A stretch of 63,763 nt of DNA, filler included, from an uncultured Methanospirillum sp. (GTDB taxonomy: Archaea; Halobacteriota; Methanomicrobia; Methanomicrobiales; Methanospirillaceae), in assembly GCA_964637135.1 (NCBI GenBank). It is 4 parts of 3 records of this genome, joined end to end, with 100 filler letters (N's around TTAATTAATTAA, not from the genome) between each part and the next. Parts side by side here need not be neighbours in the genome. Positions count along the whole stretch, not along the records: positions 38,092 to 63,763 come from CAZWTX010000035.1; 3 more parts are not named here. One strand, 5' to 3'. Under the pieces are notes generated by a model that worked only from the letters and a program-made list of their open reading frames with translations, was not told the origin of the DNA and did no database searches. Positions 41,072-50,856 of this stretch are shown in pieces. The translations under genes were made by a program, and so were the position numbers. The stretch's first letter is position 1. Every line of letters starts with the position of its first letter.

Positions 41072-41367
41072 ATGACTGAACGTGATGAGGTACTATCTGT
41101 TCTCAAAGGTGAAGTCATACGGGAAAAAACCGGTATGGTATCAGGAAGATTGGGATCTTCGGTTCTGTCGTCAGAGATGAAGCCGGCGAGCAGAGCGACC
41201 TTGATATTCTCGTGGAATTTGATCCGGAACAGGTCTCATATCGGAAATATCTTGATCTGGAACAATATCTTCAGTCATTATTCTCCCGCAACGTGGAGAT
41301 CGTGACAACTGATGGTATTTCTCCATACATCATGCCATATATCTCAAAAGAGGTTATCTGGGTATGA
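41072..41367 (+). pseudogene. Minimal nucleotidyltransferase (MNT antitoxin), frameshifted
   Basis: MTERDEVLSVLKGEVIREK in one frame, then NRYGIRKIGIFGSVVRDEAGEQSDLDILVEF...ISPYIMPYISKEVIWV* in the -1 frame; the shift lies at GGGAAAAAAC (41121-41130). Confidence 0.85.
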
Positions 41368-41405
41368 AAGATGATATCCCCTATCTATACCATATCACGA
41401 CCTGA
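41364..41405 (+). pseudogene. N-terminal remnant of a HEPN (DUF86) toxin
   Basis: MKDDIPYLYHITT* overlaps the MNT stop (ATGA) and matches the MKD...YL.HI start of DUF86 proteins. Confidence 0.6.
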
Positions 41406-41416
41406 TAGGATAAAAT

Positions 41417-41500
41417 ATGCAGGAAAAGACAATTCATGTCATTACCGTGTATGAACCCTCGAATCAATTCTGGGACATAGAATGCCGGAGCAGAAAATGA
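41417..41500 (+). pseudogene. C-terminal remnant of a DUF4258-type toxin
   Basis: QEKTIHVITVYEPSNQFWDIECRSRK* matches the VITVYEP...W.....R C-terminus of that family; its stop overlaps the next ATG. Confidence 0.6.
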
Positions 41501-41730
41501 AATGTGCCATTTGTAAACATGGGAACGGTATCCCTGGTGTAATCACCGTCACCTTGGAACGAGGCTCAACTACGGTTGTCATCAGACAGGTGCCGGCCCA
41601 GGTTTGCGATACCTGTGGCGAAGAATACCTGAGCGAAGAAATTACTGATGCCGTTTTGAAAATTGCAGAGCAGGATGCCAGAGCCGGAGTACAGGTTGAT
41701 ATCCGGGACTATCAGGCAGCCTGTGCATAA
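41497..41730 (+). CDS. YgiT-type zinc-finger (MqsA-like) antitoxin
   Basis: MKCAICKHG...VVIRQVPAQVCDTCGEEYL. Confidence 0.88.
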   Translation: MKCAICKHGNGIPGVITVTLERGSTTVVIRQVPAQVCDTCGEEYLSEEITDAVLKIAEQDARAGVQVDIRDYQAACA

Positions 41731-41972
41731 ACAATTCAATAAAATATCCTATTAGAACGGGCATTTTTCTCCTGGATCATCACCATTGATCTTCGGGTTC
41801 CCTCCCCCATGATACTGCTGCCGTCTCCGGTGAATACCTCCATCCTGCCGGAAGACCAGCCCTGATTCAGTAAATCCAGGTGACCAACCACAACTGACCG
41901 CCCGACCCCGGAAAGACTGAACTGATGAGGAACACGTACCGTCGTTTACGAATAATTTCAGGAAAATAAGAG

Positions 41973-42046
41973 TGCCCCAGCCCGGATTTGAACCGGGGAC
42001 AACCAGATCTTCAGTCTGGCGCTCTCCCAGTCTGAGCTACTGAGGC
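41973..42046 (-). tRNA. tRNA-Phe(GAA)
   Basis: Reverse complement GCCTCAGTAGCTCAGACTGGGAGAGCGCCAGACTGAAGATCTGGTTGTCCCCGGTTCAAATCCGGGCTGGGGCA; anticodon GAA. Confidence 0.97.
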
Positions 42047-42146
42047 GTGCTTATACACATAGGGGTCTTGCACTTTTAACCATTTTCATTCATCAGGTGC
42101 AGGAATATCATCCTATTATGAGGACCGGACACAGAATATAAGAATA

Positions 42147-43121
42147 ATGTTCCTGAAAAAACGGAAGAAAGGACCTGATTCCGTTGCCATATCCACCGAT
42201 ATCACCTTCCGGACGGCGAAGGTTGTGCATCTCACCCACAACGACTTCGATGCCGTCGGCGCCGATGCCATCCACCGGATGCGGTTCCGGAAGGAAGGAG
42301 TCTACACGATCTTCAGTTCGGTCGGAAAATTACCCTTCTACCTTGAACTGATCTCCCAGATCCCCGGAAACGGCGACATCCTCTCGATCAGCGATCTCTC
42401 CTTCCGCCGGGGAGTGGAAGGCCACCTCAGAAAGGCACGGCAGAATGGCTGGATCATCCAGTGGCGGGACCACCACCGGTGGCAGGAAGACGAGATCGGG
42501 CTGGCCAGGTCAATTGTCGATCATCTTCACCTCGACACCGGGAGATGTGCCTGCGGGATCTGTGCCGCCGATCTCGCCCCCGAGGATCTTATCGCCGAAG
42601 AGATCGCCCGGGTCGTCTGCGACTACGATCTCTGGCAGCACAAGGATCCCCGGTCCGCCATCCTCGGCCTCATCCTCCAGCGGGAAGAAAACCGCGAACA
42701 TGTCAGGGATATGCTCATGCTCGGCGTCTTTGAGGATCGGAAGATCCGCGAGGAGTACGAGGAGATCATGCGGGAGATGAACCGGGTTATGGAGCGGACC
42801 AGGAAAACCGCAACGATCCGGGGAACCCGGTATAAAACCGCCATAGCACCAATGCTGGGGTACCCGAGCGAGACCGCTGCCTACCTGCGCCGGGAACTGA
42901 AAACAGATATCGAGGTACTCGTCTCCGACTCCGGAAAATTCTCCATCCGGTCAGTTCCCCCGATCAGCCATATCATCGCACGTGAATTCGGAGGAGGCGG
43001 ACACCCGAATGCAGCCGGAGGGTTTTTCAGGTTCTCCCTCCCTGACCGGATTCTGCTGAAAATGTTCAAAAAGAACAGGTATTTCAATAAAATCGCCGAG
43101 TTCGCGGATACGATCTCCTGA
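42147..43121 (+). CDS. DHH/DHHA1 phosphoesterase (oligoribonuclease NrnB-like)
   Basis: THNDFDAVG, ISDLS, WRDHH, DYDLW and GGGHPNAAG. Confidence 0.88.
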   Translation: MFLKKRKKGPDSVAISTDITFRTAKVVHLTHNDFDAVGADAIHRMRFRKEGVYTIFSSVGKLPFYLELISQIPGNGDILSISDLSFRRGVEGHLRKARQNGWIIQWRDHHRWQEDEIGLARSIVDHLHLDTGRCACGICAADLAPEDLIAEEIARVVCDYDLWQHKDPRSAILGLILQREENREHVRDMLMLGVFEDRKIREEYEEIMREMNRVMERTRKTATIRGTRYKTAIAPMLGYPSETAAYLRRELKTDIEVLVSDSGKFSIRSVPPISHIIAREFGGGGHPNAAGGFFRFSLPDRILLKMFKKNRYFNKIAEFADTIS

Positions 43122-43889
43122 TCACAAAATAACTTCTGTTTTTTCCCGGATGGTGCTCCAGTACGCCTGTTCGTCGCCTGAAGCATACCCGGCGACCTGT
43201 ATCTTTTCCGGTTCGAAGAGGTCCAGAAGCTCCTTCAGATCACCTTCACCGGGATCAAGAACCATCAGCCTGCGGACAGGGTATCGATCCACGAGATCGG
43301 GCACCATTGACAGGAACGATCCCGGTACAACGATCCGGTTCTGAACCTCAAGGAGCGCCTCGATATCTTCTTCCCGTCCGGGCATAAGGAAGAAGAGTGT
43401 CTTTGGCGATCCCAGCAGTTCCCATTCTATCCCGCAGGGAACAGACGCATGGAGCACGTGACCGGCCACTCCACGATCCCGCATTCCCCGCAGGATCACC
43501 TTCATCTCCCGGCAGAGATCCTCCATCTCCTCTTCGCGGTCCGGCGGACCAAACCGGGACGGAGCAGGAAGTGCCGATCTCACCACCTGGCCTTTCCCGG
43601 ATATAAGATCGGCATCGGCCAGGAGATCGGCTGGCGGATCACCGGGGCGATCCGGGGTTCCCAGAACCGCGGTGATTCGCTGCTCCATGAACTCCCCTCC
43701 TCCGCATGGTTCCCCGATCCCGGCCCCGGCCTGGCAGGCAAGGGATCGCTCGAGGTAGAACGAGATGAGATCAACCTCCCTGCCCCGGGCCGTCCTGACA
43801 AACGAAACCAATTCGTCCACAGGGGGTATTTCCGGCCGGGATCCAAGGGAAATTGAAGATAGCCGCATAATTTTCCCCATGCTGTTCAT
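43122..43889 (-). CDS. Hypothetical protein, possibly a degenerate MetE/UROD-like barrel (start uncertain)
   Basis: Long ORF filling the space between the DHH gene and metG; weak motifs SLGSRP, Q..AGI..P..G and ALPAP. Confidence 0.65.
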   Translation of the reverse strand: MNSMGKIMRLSSISLGSRPEIPPVDELVSFVRTARGREVDLISFYLERSLACQAGAGIGEPCGGGEFMEQRITAVLGTPDRPGDPPADLLADADLISGKGQVVRSALPAPSRFGPPDREEEMEDLCREMKVILRGMRDRGVAGHVLHASVPCGIEWELLGSPKTLFFLMPGREEDIEALLEVQNRIVVPGSFLSMVPDLVDRYPVRRLMVLDPGEGDLKELLDLFEPEKIQVAGYASGDEQAYWSTIREKTEVIL

Positions 43890-43923
43890 CTTATTTATAG
43901 CATCATTCTCAAAAATGTACGGG

Positions 43924-45918
43924 ATGAATCACCGGCCTCTGCTTGTTACCTGCGGACTTCCCTATACGAACGGGTTCTGTCATCTCGGGCATCTCAGGAC
44001 ATATATCCCCGCTGATTTCTATACCCGGTTCATGCGGCGAAAAGGCGAGACGGTGGTATTCATCTGTGGATCTGATAACCACGGAACTCCCATCGTGGTC
44101 AGTGCCGAAAAAGAGGGGATCTCCCCGCGTGCCATCTCCGAGCGGTACCACACCCATTTCAGGGATACCTTCGAGCGGATCAACGTCAGGTTTGATCACT
44201 TCGGAATGACCGACGACCCGGCAACCCATCACCGTGCCACACGGATTGTGAGCCGGCTCATCAGCGAGGGGCATGTCTACCCGAAGACCATTCAGCAGGC
44301 CTACTGCCCGAAGTGTAAAAAATTCCTTCCTGACCGGTACCTGGAAGGAATCTGTCCCCATTGCAACATGCCGGCGAGGGGCGATGAATGCGACCAGGGG
44401 TGCGGAAAACACCTCGAACCAGGAGAGATCCTCCAGCCGACCTGTAAGATCTGCGGGACAAGGGCAGAGTTTCGGGAACAGGAACACTTTTTCTTCAGGC
44501 TCTCCGCATTCCAGGACTGGCTCAAAGGGCACCTCTCCCGTCTGAAAGGCACCGATAACGCCATCAACTATGCTCTCGGCTGGGTCAACGAGGAGCTCAG
44601 GGACTGGTGTATCACCCGGACCCTGGACTGGGGAGTCAGGTTTCCCGGGCACGACGATCTCGTCGTCTATGTCTGGGTCGATGCCCCGATCGGGTACATT
44701 GCCTTCACCGAGGAATGGGCAGAAAAAACCGGATCAGACTGGAAGGACCTCTGGTGCGGGGAGAACCGGGTCACCCATTTCATCGGCCAGGACATCACCT
44801 ATCATCACTGCGTCTTCTGGCCTGCCATGCTTCACGGGGCAGGATATGCTGCACCCTACGCAGTAGTGGCCTCCGGAATGGTCAAGGTGGACGATCACAA
44901 GTTCTCAAAATCCCGCGGGTACGTGGTCTGGACGAACGAGGACTACCTTGACCAGGGGCTGCCCGCCGATTACCTCAGGTATTACCTCCTCACGTACACG
45001 AGCCATACCCGGGAGATGAACTTCTCCTGGAAGCTGTACCAGGAACGGGTAAACACCGAGGTGGTCAACACCCTTGGCAACTTCCTGTACCGTTCCCTGA
45101 ACCTCTCCCACAAGCAGTTCGGCGGGATCCCGGATGCAGCGGTTGACGACGAAGTCTTTGCCCGGATACGGGATTCTGTCCGTGCGGTAACCGCCCTCGT
45201 GGAAGCATATGACTTCAAGGGTGCCGTTGATTCGATCCTTGCCCTGGCAGCATACGGCAACAACTACATCCAGACAAACGAACCCTGGAAACTGGTAAAA
45301 ACCGACCCGGTGGCAACCGCCAGGATAATGAAGAACTGCCTGCAGATTGGCAAGGCACTCTGCCTTTTGATCGAACCGGCAATGCCTGACCGGGCCAGGG
45401 AAGTATGGCAGCAGCTCGGGCTGAAAACCGACATTGGCACGGCAGGATTTGAAGAAGGATGTATCGAACTTGTGGCAGGGGCGCTCGACACCCCGTCGAT
45501 CGTCTTTCAGAAACTGGATGACGAGAAGATCGCTGTCCTTGACAAGGCATTACAGGACCGTGTTGCATCATTATCAACAGGAAAAACCATGACCGAGACA
45601 GAGCAGATCAGCATCGAAGAGTTTGCGAAGGTAGAACTGAAAACCGGTACCGTGTTATCAGCCGAGACCGTCCCGAAATCGTCTAAACTGCTGAAACTCC
45701 AGGTAGACACCGGAAGCGAAGTCAGGCAGGTGGTGAGCGGGATTGCGCAATGGTACACCCCGGAAGACCTCGTCGGGAAACATGTTATCGTGGTCTGCAA
45801 TCTCAAACCTGCAAAGATCTTCGGGATCGAGAGCAACGGGATGATCCTCGCAGCAGGAGACGATGCATCCCTCCTCACCCCGCTCAGACCGGTCAGTCCG
45901 GGAACAAAGATTAGATAA
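43924..45918 (+). CDS. metG: Methionine--tRNA ligase
   Basis: LPYTNG..HLGH, zinc knuckles, YVWVDAPIGY, KFSKS and a C-terminal tRNA-binding (Trbp111-like) domain. Confidence 0.98.
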   Translation: MNHRPLLVTCGLPYTNGFCHLGHLRTYIPADFYTRFMRRKGETVVFICGSDNHGTPIVVSAEKEGISPRAISERYHTHFRDTFERINVRFDHFGMTDDPATHHRATRIVSRLISEGHVYPKTIQQAYCPKCKKFLPDRYLEGICPHCNMPARGDECDQGCGKHLEPGEILQPTCKICGTRAEFREQEHFFFRLSAFQDWLKGHLSRLKGTDNAINYALGWVNEELRDWCITRTLDWGVRFPGHDDLVVYVWVDAPIGYIAFTEEWAEKTGSDWKDLWCGENRVTHFIGQDITYHHCVFWPAMLHGAGYAAPYAVVASGMVKVDDHKFSKSRGYVVWTNEDYLDQGLPADYLRYYLLTYTSHTREMNFSWKLYQERVNTEVVNTLGNFLYRSLNLSHKQFGGIPDAAVDDEVFARIRDSVRAVTALVEAYDFKGAVDSILALAAYGNNYIQTNEPWKLVKTDPVATARIMKNCLQIGKALCLLIEPAMPDRAREVWQQLGLKTDIGTAGFEEGCIELVAGALDTPSIVFQKLDDEKIAVLDKALQDRVASLSTGKTMTETEQISIEEFAKVELKTGTVLSAETVPKSSKLLKLQVDTGSEVRQVVSGIAQWYTPEDLVGKHVIVVCNLKPAKIFGIESNGMILAAGDDASLLTPLRPVSPGTKIR

Positions 45919-46411
45919 CCCTGTTTTCTCTTTTCTCAAGGAGAACGAGTGCATCCTGCATCCGCCTCCTGATACCTGCATCCGCTTCCCGGCTGCAGGC
46001 TTCCTGCAGGGACGACAATGCCGGGATATATCCGACACCGGCGATTCCTTCAGCCGCAATTCCCCGCGAATAGGGATGGTCATCGGTAAGAAGCCGCAAA
46101 AACGCCGGTCCGGCCCGGATGTCTCCGATCAGTCCGAGTGCCTTTGCCGCCATGTACCTGACATGATCCTTGGGATCTGACGTGGTTTTTAGAAGATCCG
46201 GCACAGCAACCGGTGACCGGATCCTTCCCAGCGTCTCGGCTGCCCGGTACCTGATGATCCAGTCCTCGTCATCGAGCAGGAATATCAGATCAGGAACGAC
46301 TGCCTCCCCGTGACATGCGATGGTTCCGGTAGCCTCGGCACGCTTTTGTTTGTCAGGCTGGCGAAACAGGTTTCTGATAAACGAACGATCTGCTGCATCC
46401 GATGCAGTCAT
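45911..46411 (-). CDS. HEAT/PBS-lyase repeat protein
   Basis: Repeated L.D.D..(I/V)RY.AA..LG.I units. Confidence 0.85.
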   Translation of the reverse strand: MTASDAADRSFIRNLFRQPDKQKRAEATGTIACHGEAVVPDLIFLLDDEDWIIRYRAAETLGRIRSPVAVPDLLKTTSDPKDHVRYMAAKALGLIGDIRAGPAFLRLLTDDHPYSRGIAAEGIAGVGYIPALSSLQEACSREADAGIRRRMQDALVLLEKRENRVI

Positions 46412-46421
46412 GGAAAAAAGG

Positions 46422-47261
46422 TTAGAAGGTTGAAGTATATCCAACCGTCTGTGCGAGATCGAAGAGACCACTTGCAGAGGTCCGCTGCCGATCCTGGTAA
46501 TCGGTCGAGACATTTGCATCCTTGACATCGGCTACTTCAAAGCTCGTGTCCATGGTGACTCCTGCCGATCCGGTTGCCAGGTTGTCCTTCGTGTCGGTCT
46601 CAAGTCCCTGGGCGTCAAACCCGTACCGGAGACTGACCGGAACGCTGGCATCAGCTGAGATGGCTCGTCCACCGACGGTAGTGACTGCTGCTACCTCCTG
46701 GACATCCATCACACTACCGGCAGCGACCGAACCTGAGAATCCTCCGGCAGCGCCACCTGAACCCTGTGCAAAGACACACATCGGTGTGGTACTGTTGGTG
46801 GTGCCTCTGCCGACAGCAGAGATCGTCGCCTGTTCGTCGTATATCAACCGTCCATTCTGACTCTCGTCAGCCTGGAAATTGATCATGTGTGTCGCCTGAA
46901 GGTTATCACTTCCGTCGGTAACATTCCCCCCGTCCATCGAGAAGTCCTTTACGTACTTCGTGGCCCCGGCAACACCCACCGTGTTCTCACGGTAGGCAAA
47001 CGTTGCCCTGACCTCGTCGGGAGCCAGGGTATTGTTTTCCAGGCTGCCGTACGGCGAGTTCGATTGTTCCCATGACATATCGTGATCCACTATGAATGTA
47101 CCTACACAGGTAGCATCTATAGAGGTCGTCAGACCGCTCTCATCATACAGCGCTGAAGTCGGCCTGATAGCAAAAACCTCTCCTGGAATCAGGAAAAGGC
47201 AGATAATGAGCAGGACACACAACCTGCCCGCTATGGATAAACTCATTCTGATCAACCCCAT
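46422..47261 (-). CDS. Secreted beta-rich protein resembling the Methanospirillum sheath protein family
   Basis: Signal peptide; motifs AY.ENT....G.T.YVK...D, MCVFA, V.AGS..D, R.IS.DA..PV.L.Y and A.GSA. The family resemblance is recognised from memory, not from a search. Confidence 0.6.
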   Translation of the reverse strand: MGLIRMSLSIAGRLCVLLIICLFLIPGEVFAIRPTSALYDESGLTTSIDATCVGTFIVDHDMSWEQSNSPYGSLENNTLAPDEVRATFAYRENTVGVAGATKYVKDFSMDGGNVTDGSDNLQATHMINFQADESQNGRLIYDEQATISAVGRGTTNSTTPMCVFAQGSGGAAGGFSGSVAAGSVMDVQEVAAVTTVGGRAISADASVPVSLRYGFDAQGLETDTKDNLATGSAGVTMDTSFEVADVKDANVSTDYQDRQRTSASGLFDLAQTVGYTSTF

Positions 47262-47432
47262 CAGATGTAATGACCTCTATCCCCGGTTATCGGTTGGTCA
47301 CGAAGATTTTGTTTGTGAGACTTAAATATCTTCGTAAATATCGGAGCACAATACATGCTTTAATTTAAAAAATATATAAAAATATTTGAATAAAGGTTGC
47401 GGGAAAAGGAGTGATGAATGGGGATCTGCCGT

Positions 47433-49628
47433 TTAAGCAAGGTAATCTGCCGGCTTAGGCAGTTCTTCCTTGAGGCCTTTCCGCTTCCGGATCTGAAGGA
47501 CGATCTCCTTTGCCATTCCTGTCGGAACGATCTCAAATCCGGCAAACTCCTGGCTCCACATGGCGCGTCCCTCGGTGGCTGACCGGACATCTCCGGCAAA
47601 TCCGAAGAGTTCTGCGACCGGAGCCTTTCCAATGACGGTCATTGTGTCTCCCTCGCTTGCCATGTCAAAGACCTGGCCTCTCCGGCTCTGGATCTGTGCA
47701 GTTGCACTGCCCATGTGTTCCTGCGGGACGGTAATCTGGAGTTTCTGCATTGGTTCAAGGAGCGAGTCCCCGGCAAGGAGCAGGCCGCCCTTGATGGCAC
47801 CACGTACTGCCGGGATAACCTGTGCAGGACCACGGTGGATGGCATCCTCGTGCAGCTTGACATCTACCAGTTTGATGATCAGGTTCTGAACCGGTTCATC
47901 AGCGAGCGGACCGCCATCGAGTGCCTCGTGGATACCATCGATAACCAGTTCCATCGTTTCGTTGAGATACTGGATACCCTTGGTCATGTCAAAGAGCATA
48001 CAGGTACCGTAGATATCCTTCAGGTTCTTGGCTTCGTCCTTGTCAAACCCGGCTTTCACAAGGGTGTCACGCCGTTCGATGGCTTCCAGGTTCATCGAGA
48101 TCTCATGGCTCTTGATCATCTCAACGACATTCTCCGCCATCGGCTCAAGGAGGAAATAGAACCGGTTGTGGCGGTTCGGAGACTTTCCTTCGACAGCATC
48201 GGTGAGTTTCTCGGTGATCGTCTCACGGTAGACAACAATAGGCTCGGATGTGACGATCTCGACACCCTTGTCTCGCTTGATACGCCCGGTGATGATCTCA
48301 AGGTGAAGTTCGCCCATACCGGCGATGAGGTGTTCCCCGGTCTCCTCGTTGATCGTGACACGAAGGGTCGGATCTTCCTTGGCAACCTGCCTGAGCACTT
48401 CGACGAGCTTCGGCAGATCCTTCATGTTCTTTGCCTCGACAGCAACGGTCACGACCGGCTCGGAGTAGTGTTCGAGCGACTCGAACGGGGTCATGTCCAT
48501 GAGACTTGAGACGGTGGACCCGACAACGGCATCCTTCAGGCCGGTGACCGCGGCGATATTTCCGGCAAAGAGTTCGGGGACCTCGACACGGGTCGGACCC
48601 ATGAAGATACCGACCTGCTGAAGACGGTTGACCTTCTTGGCCGTTCCCATGATATACATCTCGTCTCCACGGGTCAGTTTACCAGAGAAGAGACGACCGG
48701 TTGAGACTTCTCCGGCATGTGGATCAAAGGAGATATCAGTGACCATCATACAACTCGGGGCAGTCGGGTCACAGGTCATCATACCCTTTCCTTCGGGTGA
48801 ATTGACATCTCCGTGCCAGATAACATGAACACGGCGTGGCTGTGCTTCCTTCGGGTTTGGCAGGTACCTGACCACCATATCAAGGACCACATCACAGAGC
48901 GGGCTCTTCTTGGCAAGGGCTTTCATCTCACCGTTCTTGCAGTGCTCGTAGACTTCTTTGAACGAGATCCCGCTCTTCTTCATGAACGGGACAGAGATTG
49001 CCCAGTTGTACAGGGCTGAACCGAAGGCAACCGTACCGCCGGCTGCATCCAGTTTCCACCCGGCATTATACATCTCCTCGTTCATACCCTTGATCAGGTT
49101 GTTGACCTTGTCGATCACCTTGCCGAGACGGATCTGCATCTCCATCTCGTCAACCTGGAGTTCGTTGATCAGACGGTCAACCTTGTTGATGAAGAGTACC
49201 GGCTTGACCCGCTCCTTCAGGGCCTGCCTGAGAACCGTCTCGGTCTGGGGCATGGTTCCCTCGACTGCATCGACGAGCACAACCGCTCCGTCGACTGCAC
49301 GCATGGCACGTGTGACATCCCCACCAAAATCAACGTGACCGGGAGTATCGATCATGTTGATGAGGTATTCCGTGCCCTCGTACTCATGGACCATCGAGAC
49401 GTTCGATGCATCGATGGTAATCCCACGCTGTTGTTCTTCTTCGTCTGAATCCATCCAACAGGCTTTACCTGACAGTTCTTCACTGATAATACCTGCACCG
49501 GAGAGGAGGTTGTCAGAAAGGGTGGTCTTGCCGTGATCAATATGGGCGACAATCCCGATGTTCCTGATGTGTTCCGGCTGGTTCATGAGCTGCGTTACGC
49601 GCTCAACGGTCTTCTTGCCTCGGCTCAT
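47433..49628 (-). CDS. fusA: Translation elongation factor aEF-2
   Basis: [26 protein letters not shown] and the diphthamide loop [12 protein letters not shown]. Confidence 0.99.
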   Translation of the reverse strand: MSRGKKTVERVTQLMNQPEHIRNIGIVAHIDHGKTTLSDNLLSGAGIISEELSGKACWMDSDEEEQQRGITIDASNVSMVHEYEGTEYLINMIDTPGHVDFGGDVTRAMRAVDGAVVLVDAVEGTMPQTETVLRQALKERVKPVLFINKVDRLINELQVDEMEMQIRLGKVIDKVNNLIKGMNEEMYNAGWKLDAAGGTVAFGSALYNWAISVPFMKKSGISFKEVYEHCKNGEMKALAKKSPLCDVVLDMVVRYLPNPKEAQPRRVHVIWHGDVNSPEGKGMMTCDPTAPSCMMVTDISFDPHAGEVSTGRLFSGKLTRGDEMYIMGTAKKVNRLQQVGIFMGPTRVEVPELFAGNIAAVTGLKDAVVGSTVSSLMDMTPFESLEHYSEPVVTVAVEAKNMKDLPKLVEVLRQVAKEDPTLRVTINEETGEHLIAGMGELHLEIITGRIKRDKGVEIVTSEPIVVYRETITEKLTDAVEGKSPNRHNRFYFLLEPMAENVVEMIKSHEISMNLEAIERRDTLVKAGFDKDEAKNLKDIYGTCMLFDMTKGIQYLNETMELVIDGIHEALDGGPLADEPVQNLIIKLVDVKLHEDAIHRGPAQVIPAVRGAIKGGLLLAGDSLLEPMQKLQITVPQEHMGSATAQIQSRRGQVFDMASEGDTMTVIGKAPVAELFGFAGDVRSATEGRAMWSQEFAGFEIVPTGMAKEIVLQIRKRKGLKEELPKPADYLA

Positions 49629-49676
49629 AGTTCACCTTGAATTTTTCAAAAAAGTATCGGAGGTTAGGGAATGGGA

Positions 49677-50264
49677 CTAACGTGCAGACTTTGCAACACG
49701 TTCTCTCTCTTCACGCTTTGCAACGGAGTAACACTTGGGATCCCCGTTAGCGGCAGCGATCAGTTCCTCTGCCAGAGCATTCGCGAGTTTCTTCTTCTTC
49801 TTGTGGGAAGCAGAGTACACTCCGCCAGCGATGAGACTGATGGCAGTGTTCACCCGGCGCATCGGGGCGGTATCGACCGACTTTGGAACATTGATCCCGC
49901 CGTACTTCAGTCTGACGGATTCTTCACGCGGGCCTGAATTTGCAACTGCATCACAGAGGACCTCGATCGGATTTTTCTTGGTCTTCTGGTTGATGATGGA
50001 AAATGCATCCCTGACCGTGCGGATGGCAAGCTGTTTCTTGCCGGTGTTGTTCTCATTCTGCATGAGACGGTTGATCAGGCGCTCAACAATGAGCATATTT
50101 GCCTTGTTGAACTCCTGGCGGGTGAGACGGCCACAGGAATGAGGCACGATCATAGAGGTCAGGTTTACATAGCGGGCAATCCCCGGGTCCTTGATGCTGA
50201 CCTCGGAGACATCCCACTTGTTGAAGAGAAGCCGCGTCTGGACTGATACGTTTTCTTCTGACAT
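49677..50264 (-). CDS. rps7: 30S ribosomal protein uS7
   Basis: LFNKWD, IVERLIN.LM, N.GPREE...YGG and K.EE.ERVAKSAR. Confidence 0.98.
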   Translation of the reverse strand: MSEENVSVQTRLLFNKWDVSEVSIKDPGIARYVNLTSMIVPHSCGRLTRQEFNKANMLIVERLINRLMQNENNTGKKQLAIRTVRDAFSIINQKTKKNPIEVLCDAVANSGPREESVRLKYGGINVPKSVDTAPMRRVNTAISLIAGGVYSASHKKKKKLANALAEELIAAANGDPKCYSVAKREERERVAKSAR

Positions 50265-50269
50265 GACGT

Positions 50270-50698
50270 TCACCTGCGTGGCTTCTCCTTCCTGCCAATC
50301 ACCAGTTCATGGAGACAGACATTGTTCACCTTGGTGACAACGAACCGGACTCCCGGGATATCACCCATGGAACGGCCGAGACGACCGCCGATTCCTTCAA
50401 TCTCGACTTCATCGTGTTCATCGATGAAGTTGATGGCACCGTCGCCCACTGCAAACGCAGAGACCTGGCGTCCGTTCTTGATCAGCTGGACACGGACACA
50501 TTTCCGGATGGCTGAGTTCGGCTGTTTTGCCTCAACACCCACCTTCTCAAGGACGATCCCCCGTCCCTGTGGCGCGCCCTCAAGCGGATCTGCCTTCAGT
50601 TTCAGTCCACCGGCACTCCGAGCATATCTCGGGTCGCTCCAGCGGAATTTGTGCCAGTCACTCTTTAGTTTGCGTGCTGCAAATTTACCCTGTCCCAT
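50270..50698 (-). CDS. rps12: 30S ribosomal protein uS12
   Basis: [17 protein letters not shown] and GDIPGVRF. Confidence 0.99.
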   Translation of the reverse strand: MGQGKFAARKLKSDWHKFRWSDPRYARSAGGLKLKADPLEGAPQGRGIVLEKVGVEAKQPNSAIRKCVRVQLIKNGRQVSAFAVGDGAINFIDEHDEVEIEGIGGRLGRSMGDIPGVRFVVTKVNNVCLHELVIGRKEKPRR

Positions 50699-50856
50699 TA
50701 CATCACTCTGTAAAATGTTCGATAGATACACCTACGAAAGGTGAGGTTTGTCCAAAGCGCGGGCAGTTCAGATCTCCTTATGCCAGCCTTGAAACCTGTC
50801 TGTATTCGTTAGCCCTACTGTAATATAATAGTTGTATCCGGGTCAAACATGATCCC

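Noticed and set aside
41121..41130. Programmed -1 frameshift in the MNT gene at GGGAAAAAAC
   Set aside because: The zero-frame codons (CGG GAA AAA ACC) do not form a canonical X XXY YYZ heptamer, and the partner toxin is deleted. Decay or a sequencing indel is simpler.
37947..42046. A single island bounded by tRNA-iMet and tRNA-Phe
   Set aside because: An artificial linker at 37992-38091 separates the two tRNAs, so their true distance is unknown.
47433..49628. Possible diphthamide-lacking EF-2 paralogue
   Set aside because: The canonical HEDAIHRG motif is intact and the gene lies in the normal rps12-rps7 operon.
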